From: an uncultured Planctomycetaceae bacterium | GTDB lineage: Bacteria; Planctomycetota; Planctomycetia; Planctomycetales; Planctomycetaceae | Direction: 5' to 3' | Length of the DNA stretch: 64,000 nt | NCBI GenBank assembly: GCA_963976765.1 | Contig: CAXBME010000008.1 | Coordinates: forward strand, 124,001 to 188,000 | In this document: positions 10,038-20,964 of the stretch, one piece after another | Layout: each line of letters opens with the position of its first letter | Numbering within the stretch: the stretch's first letter is position 1 | Program-made: the position numbers and the translations under genes | The notes under the pieces: generated by a model | The model's database searches: none | Told to the model about the DNA's origin: nothing | Seen by the model: the letters and a program-made list of their open reading frames with translations, nothing else

Positions 10038-10778
10038 GGAGGAGGGAGTCCTTTCCCGGTGCGTGGTTTGAGGAAATTTGGAGTGGGTTGTTTTGCGAGA
10101 GAAACCGTGCTCGGACGGGAAGGGGGTTAACCAGTTCGTTATCCGGCGGTGCGGAATGCGGGATGAGAATTCGTCCGTCTGAATTCGATGTTCGAGCTGA
10201 CTTGATGATTTCAGGAGCGGGTTTATCTCAGATCGTCAAAATTGCGGCAAGATGACACCGCATCGCCGCGCTACTGAGCTGTCTGCGTGCCCTGTCAGTT
10301 TCGGGCCGATCGGCAAGCTTGCGGGGTCTGAGTTTCAATGTTGAAGCCTTCAATTCAGACGGGAGTGGGAAATGCAGGGAAGATTTGCTGCCGCAGACTT
10401 TTCAGAACGTCTTGACATGCTCACAATGCCTGCCATAGGAATTGCGCTGTTCCTGAAGAAGAGTTGCTTGGGGCCGGGTAACTAATCCCGGTCTTTTGTC
10501 TATAAACACCAGTTGTTCCCGTTGGGCTTTTTCTTCTGCTGCCGGACTGGCACTTGCCGTCGGAGCTGATCTTGTTCTCAACGTGAATTCTCTGTTCAAA
10601 ACGTGCCCGCCAATTGCCGCCTTTTGTATTTCCCGCCCTTACGTCGCACGGCTGGCTGCCGTTACCAGGCAGTCCAGAATCGCCGAGTTCTTTTGAAGTC
10701 TTGCCGACCATTCGTATGCGACGTTGTGCTTTCTCAATTTACAGCAGCGGCGACCATTCTCTGAGGAGTGTTTGAGTC

Positions 10779-12656
10779 ATGTCATCGACAGTCGATGTCC
10801 CGGTAACGGAACAGCAGGGCGAAGGCAAAAGAAAAGAAACTCTCGAAACCGTTGTCGTCCGATTCTGCGGCGACAGTGGCGACGGCATGCAGCTTGTCGG
10901 AACGCAGATGACGAATGTCTCTGCCGTTTATGGCAATGACGTCAGCACGTTGCCTGACTTTCCTGCCGAAATTCGTGCTCCGGCCGGAACACTGGCCGGT
11001 GTGTCGGGCTATCAGTTGTGTTTTTCGAACCACGACGTCTTCACGCCCGGCGACGCCCTCGACACCCTGGTCTCGATGAATCCGGCGGCGTTGAAGACAA
11101 ATATTGCCGATCTGAAGCGAGGCGGCACGCTCATTGTCAACGAAGATGCTTTCGACAAAAGCAACATTCTGAAAGCGACCTACGCTTCGAACCCGCTCGA
11201 CGATGAGGATCTGCTGCAGCCATATCGGGTTCATAAAGTCCCGATGACTCGCCTGACTCGGGACGCGGTTGATGGTCTTGGCCTGAGTGTTCGGGAAGCT
11301 GATCGCTGCAAGAACTTCTTCGCGCTCGGTCTGATCTACTGGCTGTACGAACGAGACGCAACGCCGACTGAAGAATGGATTAAGGCAAAATTTGCCAAGA
11401 AGCCGGAAATTCAGGAAGCTAACCTGCGTGCTCTTCGCGCTGGCTATAATTTCGGATTCTCCACTGAATCGTTCACGGTTCACTACCACGTCGAGCCTGC
11501 TAAGTTGCCTCCCGGCAAGTATCGCAAGCTGACGGGAAATGAAGCGACAGCGATGGGCCTGATCACCGCTGCGAAGCTGGCTGGTCGTGGTTTGTTCTAC
11601 GCGGGCTACCCGATCACTCCGGCCAGTGACATCCTCCACGAATTGTCTGCTCACAAGCACTTCGGCGTGAAAACTTTTCAGGCCGAAGACGAAATTGCGG
11701 CGATGTCTGCCGCCGTCGGAGCCGCTTACGCTGGTCAGCTTTCGGTGACCGCCAGTTCGGGGCCGGGGATTTGTCTCAAGGGCGAAGCGATGGGTCTGGG
11801 CATGATCACGGAACTGCCGATGATCATCGTGAATGTTCAGCGAGGTGGGCCAAGTACCGGTCTGCCAACCAAGACTGAGCAGTCCGATCTGCTGTTGTCG
11901 ATGTTCGGTCGAAACGGCGAGTCGCCGCTGCCGATCGTTGCGGCTCAGAGTCCGGGGGACTGTTTCCATGCAGTTCAGGAAGCGATGAGCATCGCTGTAA
12001 ATTTCATGGTTCCGGTTGTGTTCCTGACCGACGGGTACATCGCCAACGGTGCCGAACCGTGGCGAATTCCGACTCAGGACGAGTTGAAGCCGATCAAAGT
12101 TGAATATCAGACCGAGCCAAACAGTGAGCACGGCTATCTGCCTTACAAACGCGACGAGAAACTGGCTCGTCCGTGGGCTGTTCCCGGCACTCCCGGTCTG
12201 GAGCATCGTGTTGGCGGCATCGAAAAAGCTGATGTCACGGGGCACGTCAGCTACGACCCGGACAACCACGAGTACATGGTCAGACTGCGTGCTCGGAAAG
12301 TGGCTTCCATTGAAGACTTCATTCCGGAACAGGAAGTTGACGGTCCTGAATCGGGTGATGTGCTGCTGATTTCGTGGGGCGGTACTTATGGAGCGGTTCG
12401 TACGGCAGCTCGGGAACTCCAGGCGGCTGGCAAGTCAGTCGCGCACGCTCATCTTCGATTTTTGAATCCGTTTCCGAAGAATCTTGGAGACATCATCAGT
12501 CGATATAAGAAGGTGCTGGTACCTGAGCTGAATATGGGGCAGCTTCGCATGTTGCTCCGCGACAAGTACCTGGTCGACGCCAAAGGGCTGAACAAGATCA
12601 AAGGGAAGCCGTTCCTGGTTTCCGAGGTTGTCGAAGCAATCGAAGAGCTACTCTAA
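10779..12656 (+). CDS. korA: 2-oxoacid:ferredoxin oxidoreductase alpha subunit
   Basis: [35 protein letters not shown] and [17 protein letters not shown]. Confidence 0.95.
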   Translation: MSSTVDVPVTEQQGEGKRKETLETVVVRFCGDSGDGMQLVGTQMTNVSAVYGNDVSTLPDFPAEIRAPAGTLAGVSGYQLCFSNHDVFTPGDALDTLVSMNPAALKTNIADLKRGGTLIVNEDAFDKSNILKATYASNPLDDEDLLQPYRVHKVPMTRLTRDAVDGLGLSVREADRCKNFFALGLIYWLYERDATPTEEWIKAKFAKKPEIQEANLRALRAGYNFGFSTESFTVHYHVEPAKLPPGKYRKLTGNEATAMGLITAAKLAGRGLFYAGYPITPASDILHELSAHKHFGVKTFQAEDEIAAMSAAVGAAYAGQLSVTASSGPGICLKGEAMGLGMITELPMIIVNVQRGGPSTGLPTKTEQSDLLLSMFGRNGESPLPIVAAQSPGDCFHAVQEAMSIAVNFMVPVVFLTDGYIANGAEPWRIPTQDELKPIKVEYQTEPNSEHGYLPYKRDEKLARPWAVPGTPGLEHRVGGIEKADVTGHVSYDPDNHEYMVRLRARKVASIEDFIPEQEVDGPESGDVLLISWGGTYGAVRTAARELQAAGKSVAHAHLRFLNPFPKNLGDIISRYKKVLVPELNMGQLRMLLRDKYLVDAKGLNKIKGKPFLVSEVVEAIEELL

Positions 12657-12736
12657 GGGCCAGCTGTTTAACTCTCCGTTGAACGTCTTGCGCCACTAAT
12701 TCACATTTTCAACACACCTTTCCAAAGCATTCGGCC

Positions 12737-13753
12737 ATGAGCACAGACCTGCCAGTTCTCTCTCCGAAAGATTTCGCCAGCGATCAGGAAATTCGCTGGT
12801 GTCCCCGGTGCGGCGATTACTCGATTCTCGCGCAGATGAAGAAAGTTCTGCCGACGCTTGGGATCCCCAAGGAGAAATTTGTCTTTGTGTCCGGGATCGG
12901 TTGTTCCAGCCGGTTTCCGTACTACATGGACACTTACGGGTTTCACAGTATTCATGGACGTGCTCCAGCGATCGCTACGGGTATCAAGCTGGCTCAGCCG
13001 GGGCAGCAGGTCTGGGTTATCACCGGCGACGGCGACGCCCTGTCGATCGGTGGCAACCATTTGATGCACGCCATTCGTCGAAACGTCGATCTGAAGATTG
13101 TTCTGTTTAACAATCAGATTTATGGACTTACGAAGGGGCAATACTCGCCGACCAGTCCGGCAGGTAAACGGACCAAGAGCTCTCCGATGGGCTCAGTCGA
13201 CCATCCGCTGAATCCGTTGTCAGTGGCACTTGGTAGTGAAGCCACATTTGTTGCTCGCTCCGTCGATGTTGACATCCGGCATTTGACTGCTGTTCTTGAA
13301 CGAGCCGCACACCACAAGGGCACGGCTTTTGTGGAAGTCTACCAGGACTGCAATGTGTTCAACTCGGGAGCTTTCAGTTTTGCGACGGACAAGAAAGTCA
13401 AAGACAACAACGTCGTTTACCTCGAACATGGCAAGCCGTTGATCTTTGCCAATGGTACGAAAGGTATTCGGGTCAACGAGGGGAGTCGCCCGGAAGTTGT
13501 CGATCTCGATGGCTCCGTTCAGGAAGACGACCTGCTCTTCCACGATGAGAAAGTGGCCGAGCCAAGTCTGGCGTTCATGCTCGCTCGAATGCGGTATCCT
13601 GAATTTCCCGAGCCAATGGGAGTTTTCCGGTCTGTCGAGAAGCCGACTTATGACGAAGCCGTGAACCAACAGGTTGAAGATGCAATCGCCGAAAAGGGCG
13701 AAGGCAGTCTGGATAAGCTGTTCAATCGTGGTGATACCTGGGTAGTCAAATAG
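12737..13753 (+). CDS. korB: 2-oxoacid:ferredoxin oxidoreductase beta subunit
   Basis: WCPRCGD, SGIGCSSRFP, HGRAPA, TPP motif GDGDALSIGGNH and NNQIYGLTKGQYSPT. Confidence 0.95.
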   Translation: MSTDLPVLSPKDFASDQEIRWCPRCGDYSILAQMKKVLPTLGIPKEKFVFVSGIGCSSRFPYYMDTYGFHSIHGRAPAIATGIKLAQPGQQVWVITGDGDALSIGGNHLMHAIRRNVDLKIVLFNNQIYGLTKGQYSPTSPAGKRTKSSPMGSVDHPLNPLSVALGSEATFVARSVDVDIRHLTAVLERAAHHKGTAFVEVYQDCNVFNSGAFSFATDKKVKDNNVVYLEHGKPLIFANGTKGIRVNEGSRPEVVDLDGSVQEDDLLFHDEKVAEPSLAFMLARMRYPEFPEPMGVFRSVEKPTYDEAVNQQVEDAIAEKGEGSLDKLFNRGDTWVVK

Positions 13754-13797
13754 CTTGAGGTAAACCGGTAGTTGCCCGTCGCAGCTTCAGTATTAAT

Positions 13798-13834
13798 AAC
13801 GCCCGTTCTGAAATTTCAGAGTGGGCGTTTTTTT
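13798..13834 (+). terminator. intrinsic terminator after korB
   Basis: AACGCCCGTTCTGA-AAT-TTCAGAGTGGGCGTT hairpin followed by a T-tract. Confidence 0.85.
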
Positions 13835-13852
13835 GTTGGGTTGGTCCGTCGG

Positions 13853-14815
13853 CTACTCGTTCGAGACGTCGAGCAGAACTTTAAGGACCGGCTGGTTTGA
13901 TGTTACTTCGAGGGCCTCGACAGCCTGATCCAGCGCGAAACGCTCGGAGATCAGCTGTTTGACTTTGATTCTTCCTGACTGAAGCCCGACCAGTGCGTCG
14001 CCGAATGGGCCGCAGCGTGACCCCACAACTCGAACCTCATCAATGACGATTGGAGCCAGGGCCAGCGTCTGCTCTCCGGCAACGGTTGTCTTCATGACAA
14101 CCGTGCCCCAGGGTTTTACGAACTGAAGTGCCGTTGTAAGGCCTGTGGAAGAACCCGTGCAGTCGACAACGACGTCGGCACTTCGGTTAAGCGAGGCTTC
14201 GTTCAGGAAAACGGTTTTGATGCCCGCTGCAAGGTTGTTCAGAATTCTGAGCTTCGCCTCGTGTTTCCCGACAACCATCACCGTACAACCGTAGTTCGCC
14301 AGCACCTGAGCACATAGGTTGCCGAGTCGACCATCGCCAAGTACGACGACTGACTGGCCTCGTTCAACCAGTCGTTGCTTCAGGATCTGATACGCTGCGG
14401 CGACCGGTTCCACAAAGACCGCTTCGTCGGTCGAAAGTATGTCCGGTACGACATGCAGGTTTGTCTCCGGGACGGCGATGTACTCAGCGAATGCTCCGTC
14501 ATGGCCAACGATGCCCAGAACCGTTCGCTTCGGGCAATGAGTCGGCAACCCGGATCGGCAGACTTCGCAAACCCGGCAACTGCAGTTGATCTCGCCAACG
14601 ACTCGCTGTCCTGCCATTTTTCCGGATTCGGCAATGCCAACGAATTCGTGTCCGAGGATTCCTTCGAACCCCATATATCCCTGGATGAGCTGTAGGTCGG
14701 TTTCGCAGATACCGGCTCGAATAACTCGAACCAGGACTTCTCCAGGGAGCGGTTCAGGCATCGGATGGTCGTATTTGAGTTCAAAGCTTGTGCCTGAAAG
14801 GTGCAGAGCCTTCAT
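13853..14815 (-). CDS. Zn-dependent medium-chain alcohol dehydrogenase
   Basis: GICETD, GHEFVG, structural Zn motif CRVCEVC...C and GDGRLG. Confidence 0.9.
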   Translation of the reverse strand: MKALHLSGTSFELKYDHPMPEPLPGEVLVRVIRAGICETDLQLIQGYMGFEGILGHEFVGIAESGKMAGQRVVGEINCSCRVCEVCRSGLPTHCPKRTVLGIVGHDGAFAEYIAVPETNLHVVPDILSTDEAVFVEPVAAAYQILKQRLVERGQSVVVLGDGRLGNLCAQVLANYGCTVMVVGKHEAKLRILNNLAAGIKTVFLNEASLNRSADVVVDCTGSSTGLTTALQFVKPWGTVVMKTTVAGEQTLALAPIVIDEVRVVGSRCGPFGDALVGLQSGRIKVKQLISERFALDQAVEALEVTSNQPVLKVLLDVSNE

Positions 14816-14918
14816 GACGGGGACTCTCTGAGCAAAATCGAAGACGAAACGGGTGAAACGCTACAAGTCTAATTTCAATCAGTGTTTAAGGCTTGTGCTC
14901 GGTGTCGGCCTGCTGAAT

Positions 14919-14946
14919 TTGCATGGCGGACGTGGATTGTTACAAT
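14919..14946 (+). promoter_or_regulatory. sigma70-type promoter of rpmA
   Basis: TTGCAT (14919-24), 16 nt, TACAAT (14941-46) with an extended -10 TGn. Confidence 0.6.
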
Positions 14947-15040
14947 TCCGCGCTCGTGTTTCGACGATAGTCGATCAGAGACGAGTCTCTGATCGTAATT
15001 CCGGTAAAATTCAGCAGTTTGAGATTCAGGAAGTTCAGCT

Positions 15041-15307
15041 ATGGCTCATAAGAAGGGACAGGGGTCCAGCCGCAACGGGCGCGATTCAAACGCTCAGCGT
15101 CTTGGCGTCAAGAAATTTGGGGGCGAAGCTGTCATCCCCGGGAACATTCTGATTCGTCAGTGCGGTACGAAATGGCACGCTGGCAAGAACGTCGGAATGG
15201 GGCGAGACTACACTTTGTGGTCGCTTGTTGAGGGTACCGTCTACTTCGATCGCAAAGGCCGCCGCATCAACGTCAAGCCGGTTGAAGCTGAAGTTGCCGC
15301 CAACTGA
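15041..15307 (+). CDS. rpmA: 50S ribosomal protein L27
   Basis: [28 protein letters not shown]...[12 protein letters not shown]. Confidence 0.99.
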   Translation: MAHKKGQGSSRNGRDSNAQRLGVKKFGGEAVIPGNILIRQCGTKWHAGKNVGMGRDYTLWSLVEGTVYFDRKGRRINVKPVEAEVAAN

Positions 15308-15336
15308 TTCCTGGTGTGAGACGTCGACAAAATTAG

Positions 15337-15369
15337 AAACGACCGGGCGAATTCGCTCGGTCGTTTTTT
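15337..15369 (+). terminator. intrinsic terminator after rpmA
   Basis: AAACGACCGGGCGA...TCGCTCGGTCGTTT stem ending in a T-tract. Confidence 0.85.
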
Positions 15370-15443
15370 CGTGCGCTGTTCGAACTGAGCAATCAGGGCA
15401 CGCAGGCTAGGAACGAGATGTCAGGTGAAAAACTCGCCGCCGC

Positions 15444-16292
15444 TCAGCGAGCGGGAAGCACAGCGAGGATTCGTGTCGGGCCGCCGGAGCCAGCTTCAAT
15501 ACGGATGGGAGCGACGATCAGGAAGAAGCCGCGAGCAGGCAGCTTCTCCAGGGCGGCCACGTTTTCGAGTCCATACCGTCCGGCCTTGTTTACGATGTGG
15601 TGAACGGCGAAGTCTTTGGAGATTCCGGAATCAATGCTCAGGTTGTCGATGCCGAGCCCTTTCGCTTTTCGGTCGTGAATCAGAAATTGTGCCGCCTCGC
15701 CCGAATACGACGGGAAATGCAGTTTGCCCATCGCGTCCTGATTCTTATAGCGAGAATAATTATTCCAGAACCGTCCCCATCCGGTGTGGAGAAGAACGAT
15801 GGCTCCTTCAGGAATCCGGCCGTGTGTCGCTTCCCAGTCGTGAATGTCTTTGACTGTGAGCGTCGTGTCGGCGTCAACTTCGGCCCGCGCGGCGATGTCG
15901 ATGACGACCCCCGGAGCGAAGAACTGGGCGGGACTGATCATTGACAGGTCGGGCTGGCCTGTTTCGAAATGGTTCGGAGCATCGATGTGGGTTCCCAGAT
16001 GCTCCGGCATGGAAAACGCTTTTGAGAGTACCCCGTCTTTTTCGATCGTCGCAATCGTCGTCAAACGAAACGGTTTGTAGCCTGGCCCTGGCCAGTAAGC
16101 ATTCCTGTCGTTGAGCGCGTGAGTCAGGTCAATGATGTGTGCCTTGCCGGATGCAATGTCTGACAGCGTCATTCTTTGGGCAGAATGGGCATTGCTGCCT
16201 GCGGAGTCCTGCGCTGACGCGATGTTGCAGAAATTGGAAAGGAGAGGGGTCATGCTAAGGGCAATGTACGTCCACCAGTTTAAATTTCTCAT
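15444..16292 (-). CDS. cyclase family (kynurenine formamidase-like) metallohydrolase with signal peptide
   Basis: EHLGTHIDAPNH metal motif, LLHTGW, GIDNLSID and GSGGPTR; N-terminal signal-like segment ending IASAQ. Confidence 0.88.
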   Translation of the reverse strand: MRNLNWWTYIALSMTPLLSNFCNIASAQDSAGSNAHSAQRMTLSDIASGKAHIIDLTHALNDRNAYWPGPGYKPFRLTTIATIEKDGVLSKAFSMPEHLGTHIDAPNHFETGQPDLSMISPAQFFAPGVVIDIAARAEVDADTTLTVKDIHDWEATHGRIPEGAIVLLHTGWGRFWNNYSRYKNQDAMGKLHFPSYSGEAAQFLIHDRKAKGLGIDNLSIDSGISKDFAVHHIVNKAGRYGLENVAALEKLPARGFFLIVAPIRIEAGSGGPTRILAVLPAR

Positions 16293-16846
16293 GGTTTTCT
16301 CTTTTCAATGGAATTTTCGAGCCTGGGGCGACGGCGGATAAAACACGTCGGGCACGTACTTTCGCCTGGCCTCGTTTGGGGGTAATGAACGGGAGCCATC
16401 GAACGACTGCGCCTGATGCTGCGGGAATCTGGGCTGATTCTGCGGAAGTTGCCGGCTGCTCAATTATCAGCTCGGCAGCGAAAATGAGGGCCGTGAGTGT
16501 CGATCATCGAATCATGTGATTCTCTCTTCGTGAAGACAGGACGCGGGCACAATTATTCGGGGCCACAGCCGATCATTGTCAGGGACGGCCTTGTGACAGG
16601 GAAGCGAACATGGCGGGTTCTCAAACCAGCTGCTGCGACCATGCCACGCATTTCTATTTGTCTGATTCGAAATGTTTGACGGGAGACTTGCGGAACGGGG
16701 GCCTGGAATTTCTGCTTGTTTGACGGATGCTCGATTCGGTGCGAGACTCACGCCGCTCGGATCTGTTAGACTCGTTCGGCGTCGCGGTGTTTTTCGCTGA
16801 TAGCGGATTCTGCGAGCAGTGGCGAAGGATGCCGCTTTGTTGAAGA

Positions 16847-17713
16847 ATGGATCAGATTAGGCCGTTGTCTTTCTCGGCTCGCGACGCTTTGTCAGTCGCT
16901 GCTAAAGTCGAACACACTCTTCGGCACCAACGACCGCCGCTGAGACTGCATCCTGAAGACCCACCTGAAGGACTGACCGTGATTCAGAAACTGATTGCCG
17001 AACGCATCAAATATCGTGGCTATCATCGCGAACCTTACGAGCAATACCAGGAAAACGTGCGGCAGCATTATTCGGGGATTGCCGGAAAGTTTCTGCGTTC
17101 GTGCAGCATCGTCAGCCTTCACGAGCCACTTGCGTCAAGCTTTTTCAAACGGGGCGCGTTCCCGGTGCAGGGCAGCAAGAATATTCTGGATGTCGGGACC
17201 GGGGCGGGTCAGCTTCTCACGCACCTTGTCCGCCATGCCGATGCTGATGCACGAATTGTCGCCACCGACCTGTCGACGGAAATGCTGAAACGTGCGGCCG
17301 AGCGATTCGCGGACGACCGAATTGATTACGTGACCGCCGCGCTGACGGAACTACCATTCGACGATGACACCTTTGACTGTGCAACGTGCGGGTGGGTGCT
17401 TGAGTATCTTCCGGATCCGGAACCGGGTCTCCGCGAGATTTCCCGAGTCGTGCGGCCCGGCGGAAGAATCCTTCTGCAGTGCACTGAGAATACGGTTTTT
17501 GGAGCCATGTCGAGCCGCCTCTGGAAATGCCGAACGTTTCAGCGGGCTGAGTTGCAGGAAGAGTGCCGGCGAGTCGGTCTCAACTGGCAGCGCGAACTCT
17601 GGTTTACGAAGGCGCACCGCTTGTTCCGTCTCGGTGGAATCATTGTTGAGCTGACCAAGACTGCAAACCATCACGAACACCGCGACTCAGAGCCTGTGGT
17701 GTCCGCCGAATAG
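16847..17713 (+). CDS. class I SAM-dependent methyltransferase
   Basis: ILDVGTGAG, ATDLSTEML, LPFDDDTFD and RVVRPGGRI. Confidence 0.9.
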   Translation: MDQIRPLSFSARDALSVAAKVEHTLRHQRPPLRLHPEDPPEGLTVIQKLIAERIKYRGYHREPYEQYQENVRQHYSGIAGKFLRSCSIVSLHEPLASSFFKRGAFPVQGSKNILDVGTGAGQLLTHLVRHADADARIVATDLSTEMLKRAAERFADDRIDYVTAALTELPFDDDTFDCATCGWVLEYLPDPEPGLREISRVVRPGGRILLQCTENTVFGAMSSRLWKCRTFQRAELQEECRRVGLNWQRELWFTKAHRLFRLGGIIVELTKTANHHEHRDSEPVVSAE

Positions 17714-17817
17714 CCCGTGCGGCTTCTGCCGAAATAGCTCTGGCTGGCTGTCGGACGGCTGCTGGATTGAGACTCGCTTTTTGTACCCCGTTTTCGTCGT
17801 CAACTGGATCGAGCACT

Positions 17818-18666
17818 ATGACGCCGCCAACCAGTCTTCAACCGGCTGACGAAACAGAGCTGCGGGCGCTGGCTGAAAATCAGGCTGGTCTGGAGTTGCA
17901 GTTTTTCGACCTGCACACTCATTCGAATTTTTCGGATGGGTTGCCGTCGATCGATCGAATCGAAGATCGGTGCCTGCGTGACAAGCTTTCAATTTCATTG
18001 ACCGATCACAATGAAATCCGCGGCTCGGTTCTGTTGAATGAACGGGACCGGATTTCGTGTATTCCGGGGATCGAGGTTGGGACGAAAGAAGGACTTGAGT
18101 TTCTTGTTTACTTCGGCTGCCCTGGACAGCTTGAGGATTATTATCGACGGGCTGTCGAGCCGTACCTGCTGAGCCGTTTCATGGTTCGGTCGAAGATCTC
18201 GTCGATTGACTGTCTGGAAGTTGCAAAAGAAATGGGGGCATATGTTTCGTTGGCCCATCCCTTTGCCTTCGGTCGGAAGTCGCTCGACTTTCAGCGGGCC
18301 AGTCGAAAAACAACGCACACTTTTGTTGATGAGATTGTTGAGCGGATCGACGCTGTCGAGCTTTACAACGGCGGTGTGCCTCCGAAAGTGAATCGTCGAG
18401 CGGCGAGTTTTCTGGAATCGATTGACAAACCGATTACGGTCGGCAGCGACTCGCACCGGCTGCGGACGTACGGTTCGTGCGGCGTTTATCTGAATGCAGA
18501 ACCCTCTACTGATGCGGCGACGTTGTTCGGAACGATGAGCAACCAGACGGCCCACGATACGGAGATGAAGGCGGGCAGCGTGACGCTGACCGTGCCGATC
18601 ATCATGCTGAATCACACGCTGTTCTTTCTGCGCTCGAACAGGCATCCTCGCTGGCGTCCGAAGTAG
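17818..18666 (+). CDS. PHP-domain metal-dependent phosphoesterase
   Basis: DLHTHSNFSDG, LTDHN, PGIEV, AHPF and GSDSH. Confidence 0.88.
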   Translation: MTPPTSLQPADETELRALAENQAGLELQFFDLHTHSNFSDGLPSIDRIEDRCLRDKLSISLTDHNEIRGSVLLNERDRISCIPGIEVGTKEGLEFLVYFGCPGQLEDYYRRAVEPYLLSRFMVRSKISSIDCLEVAKEMGAYVSLAHPFAFGRKSLDFQRASRKTTHTFVDEIVERIDAVELYNGGVPPKVNRRAASFLESIDKPITVGSDSHRLRTYGSCGVYLNAEPSTDAATLFGTMSNQTAHDTEMKAGSVTLTVPIIMLNHTLFFLRSNRHPRWRPK

Positions 18667-18676
18667 GGACGTCCGA

Positions 18677-19306
18677 ATGACCCACTTCAACTATTTCGCA
18701 GAGAGCGAGCAGGCCGGCCAGGAGCGTTTTCAGAAGATCCGCGACGGGCTGTTGGGACCGCTGGTACGGCTCCTGATCCGTTGGCGAGTCACCGCCGACC
18801 TGATCAGTCTTATGAGTCTGCTGCAACTGGTGCCGTTCGGCTACTTGATCCTGACGGCTGAGAGTTCTCAGCAGATCGCAGTGGCCAGCATCTTTGTCTG
18901 GCTGCACGTGATTCTCGACGCGTTGGACGGCCCGATCGCTCGCACGGCTGGAACTGCCGGGCCGGCTGGCGCTTTTACGGATATGTGCGTTGACCATTCT
19001 GGAATGCTGATCACTTCGTGTATTCTGACAGCGGCCGGATTCATCAACGCGACCGCCGCAGTAGCGTACGTCTCGTCGTACACTGTCGCCGTCGCTTTCA
19101 CGATCTGGCTGAACATGATTGGCCAGCCGTTCAAGGTTGTGATCCGAACCAAGTATCTGCTTTACGCCCTCGTTACCATGTATGGGCTCTTCGGGGTGAA
19201 CCTGATCGATAAGGCTGTCGTCCTGTTCTGCATTGTCCATAGCTTGTTCGCGGTTGCCGGCTTTATCAAATTGAAGCGAATTCTTCGAAATTCGCCAGCA
19301 GAATGA
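18677..19306 (+). CDS. CDP-alcohol phosphatidyltransferase family protein
   Basis: Signature DxxDGxxAR...GxxxDxxxD is present as LDALDGPIARTAG...GAFTDMCVD; multiple TM segments. Confidence 0.9.
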   Translation: MTHFNYFAESEQAGQERFQKIRDGLLGPLVRLLIRWRVTADLISLMSLLQLVPFGYLILTAESSQQIAVASIFVWLHVILDALDGPIARTAGTAGPAGAFTDMCVDHSGMLITSCILTAAGFINATAAVAYVSSYTVAVAFTIWLNMIGQPFKVVIRTKYLLYALVTMYGLFGVNLIDKAVVLFCIVHSLFAVAGFIKLKRILRNSPAE

Positions 19307-19481
19307 AGCAGCGACTGTTGTTTCTCGCGCCTCAGTGCAGCATTTGCAGCCTCGACCTGGAAATGTCAGACTCCCGGCATGGTCGAAAATCGCGTCAAAG
19401 CCACGCTGATTCCGGCTGCTGAAATCAGACTTTGTCAGGCATGTGGCGATTCGTCGTCGCGTCAATTCGGAAACCAATCAG

Positions 19482-20078
19482 ATGAGTCGAACTGCTTCGA
19501 TCAGCAGGCAAACAGCCGAAACTCAGATTCAACTTGAATTGAATCTCGACGGAACCGGAACTCCGAAAATCGAGACAGGTGTTGGTTTTTTTAATCATAT
19601 GCTGACGCTGCTCGCTCGCCACTCGTTGATGGATCTCACCATTGATGCGCAGGGTGATATCGACGTCGATTTTCATCACACGGTTGAGGATGTCGGCATT
19701 TGCTTCGGGCAGGCCCTGGCGAAGGCGGTTGGTGACAAGGCCGGCATCAATCGATATGGCAGCCTCGCCCTTCCGATGGAAGAAACGCTGGTGACCAGTG
19801 CGGTGGATCTGAGTGGTCGAATGGCCTTTGTTTATCGAGTTGATTTTCCAACCGAAAAGATCGGCGACTTCGATTGCCAGCTTGTTGAAGTGTTCTGGGA
19901 AGCCGTCGCGGCCAACGCTCGAATGAATCTGCACCTCGTGCTCCACCACGGACACAACAGCCACCACATTTCTGAAGCAGTCTTCAAAGGAACGGCTCGA
20001 GCTCTTCGTCAGGCGGTGACGGTTGATCCTCGTCAGCAGGGCGTTCCCTCGTCGAAGGGCACTCTCACCGAGAGCTAA
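19482..20078 (+). CDS. hisB: imidazoleglycerol-phosphate dehydratase
   Basis: [37 protein letters not shown] and VPSSKG. Confidence 0.97.
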   Translation: MSRTASISRQTAETQIQLELNLDGTGTPKIETGVGFFNHMLTLLARHSLMDLTIDAQGDIDVDFHHTVEDVGICFGQALAKAVGDKAGINRYGSLALPMEETLVTSAVDLSGRMAFVYRVDFPTEKIGDFDCQLVEVFWEAVAANARMNLHLVLHHGHNSHHISEAVFKGTARALRQAVTVDPRQQGVPSSKGTLTES

Positions 20079-20184
20079 GCCGCAGTGCGGCGTCCGTTCA
20101 GGAATTCGCCGCACGCTTTTCTGATACTCACGAATTGGATTCGGGCAGGCCGACTGGCAGTCGCCGTCCGGCTCAGGAGAAATC

Positions 20185-20790
20185 ATGACAGAAGCAGTCA
20201 CACCCGTTGAGCATGTTCTTGTCGTTCCAACGTTGCTCTTTCACGAAATCGGCCACTTTCAGGGGTTTAATGCGAACGTCGATCCGTACCTGGAAACACT
20301 CTTCGATCCGATGCACACCCGATATCTGGCTCGTCCGGAAGCGGAAGAGGATCCCAGCTACAAACAGTTAATTCCGTACTGCGTTTTCCGTTGCGGTGAC
20401 GATGCGTTTTTCTACACGCGAGGCAATCAGCAGGGAGAAAAACGTCTGCATGCCAAACGGTCGATCGGGGTTGGCGGACACATCTGCACACTCGATCGTG
20501 ACGGCACGCAGGAGCCGTACCTGGCCGGCATGGCACGAGAACTTGAGGAGGAAATCGAGATTGAATCAGGCTATGCCGAGCAGCTTGTCGGGCTGATCAA
20601 CGACGACGAAACGGACGTCGGGAAGGTCCACCTTGGAGTTCTTCATATCTTTGAGCTGGACGAGCCGAAAGTTCGACCACTCGAAGAGTCGATGATAGAA
20701 ACAGGTTTTGCTCCGATTTCAGATCTGCTGCGCGATATCGATCAATTTGAGACCTGGTCGCAAATTGCGCTGGAGTATCTGCGGGGTTGA
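20185..20790 (+). CDS. predicted NUDIX-fold phosphoesterase
   Basis: [27 protein letters not shown]...RELEEE, VGKVHLG and ETWSQI. Confidence 0.8.
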   Translation: MTEAVTPVEHVLVVPTLLFHEIGHFQGFNANVDPYLETLFDPMHTRYLARPEAEEDPSYKQLIPYCVFRCGDDAFFYTRGNQQGEKRLHAKRSIGVGGHICTLDRDGTQEPYLAGMARELEEEIEIESGYAEQLVGLINDDETDVGKVHLGVLHIFELDEPKVRPLEESMIETGFAPISDLLRDIDQFETWSQIALEYLRG

Positions 20791-20964
20791 GCCGACACCT
20801 TGGATGAACCGACGGGGCCTCCCCTGTCGCAACATCGATCGACTTATTCTCGAAGTGGCACCGCAGGGCGACCGTATTGACGGGCGTTCTGCCGGCACAA
20901 TGGATTGTGCGTGACGTGTTTACTTCGAGCCAACCGCCAACAGTTCTGACAAGGGAGTGTCACG

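Noticed and set aside
10782..12269. 495-aa antisense ORF opposite korA (and similar ones at 171-821, 17995-18690, 18602-19477, 49326-50150)
   Set aside because: Shadow ORFs opposite well-supported genes, expected from codon bias; no motifs.
16300..16846. Long divergent intergenic region as a possible riboswitch or small gene
   Set aside because: No recognisable riboswitch consensus, terminator or credible ORF.
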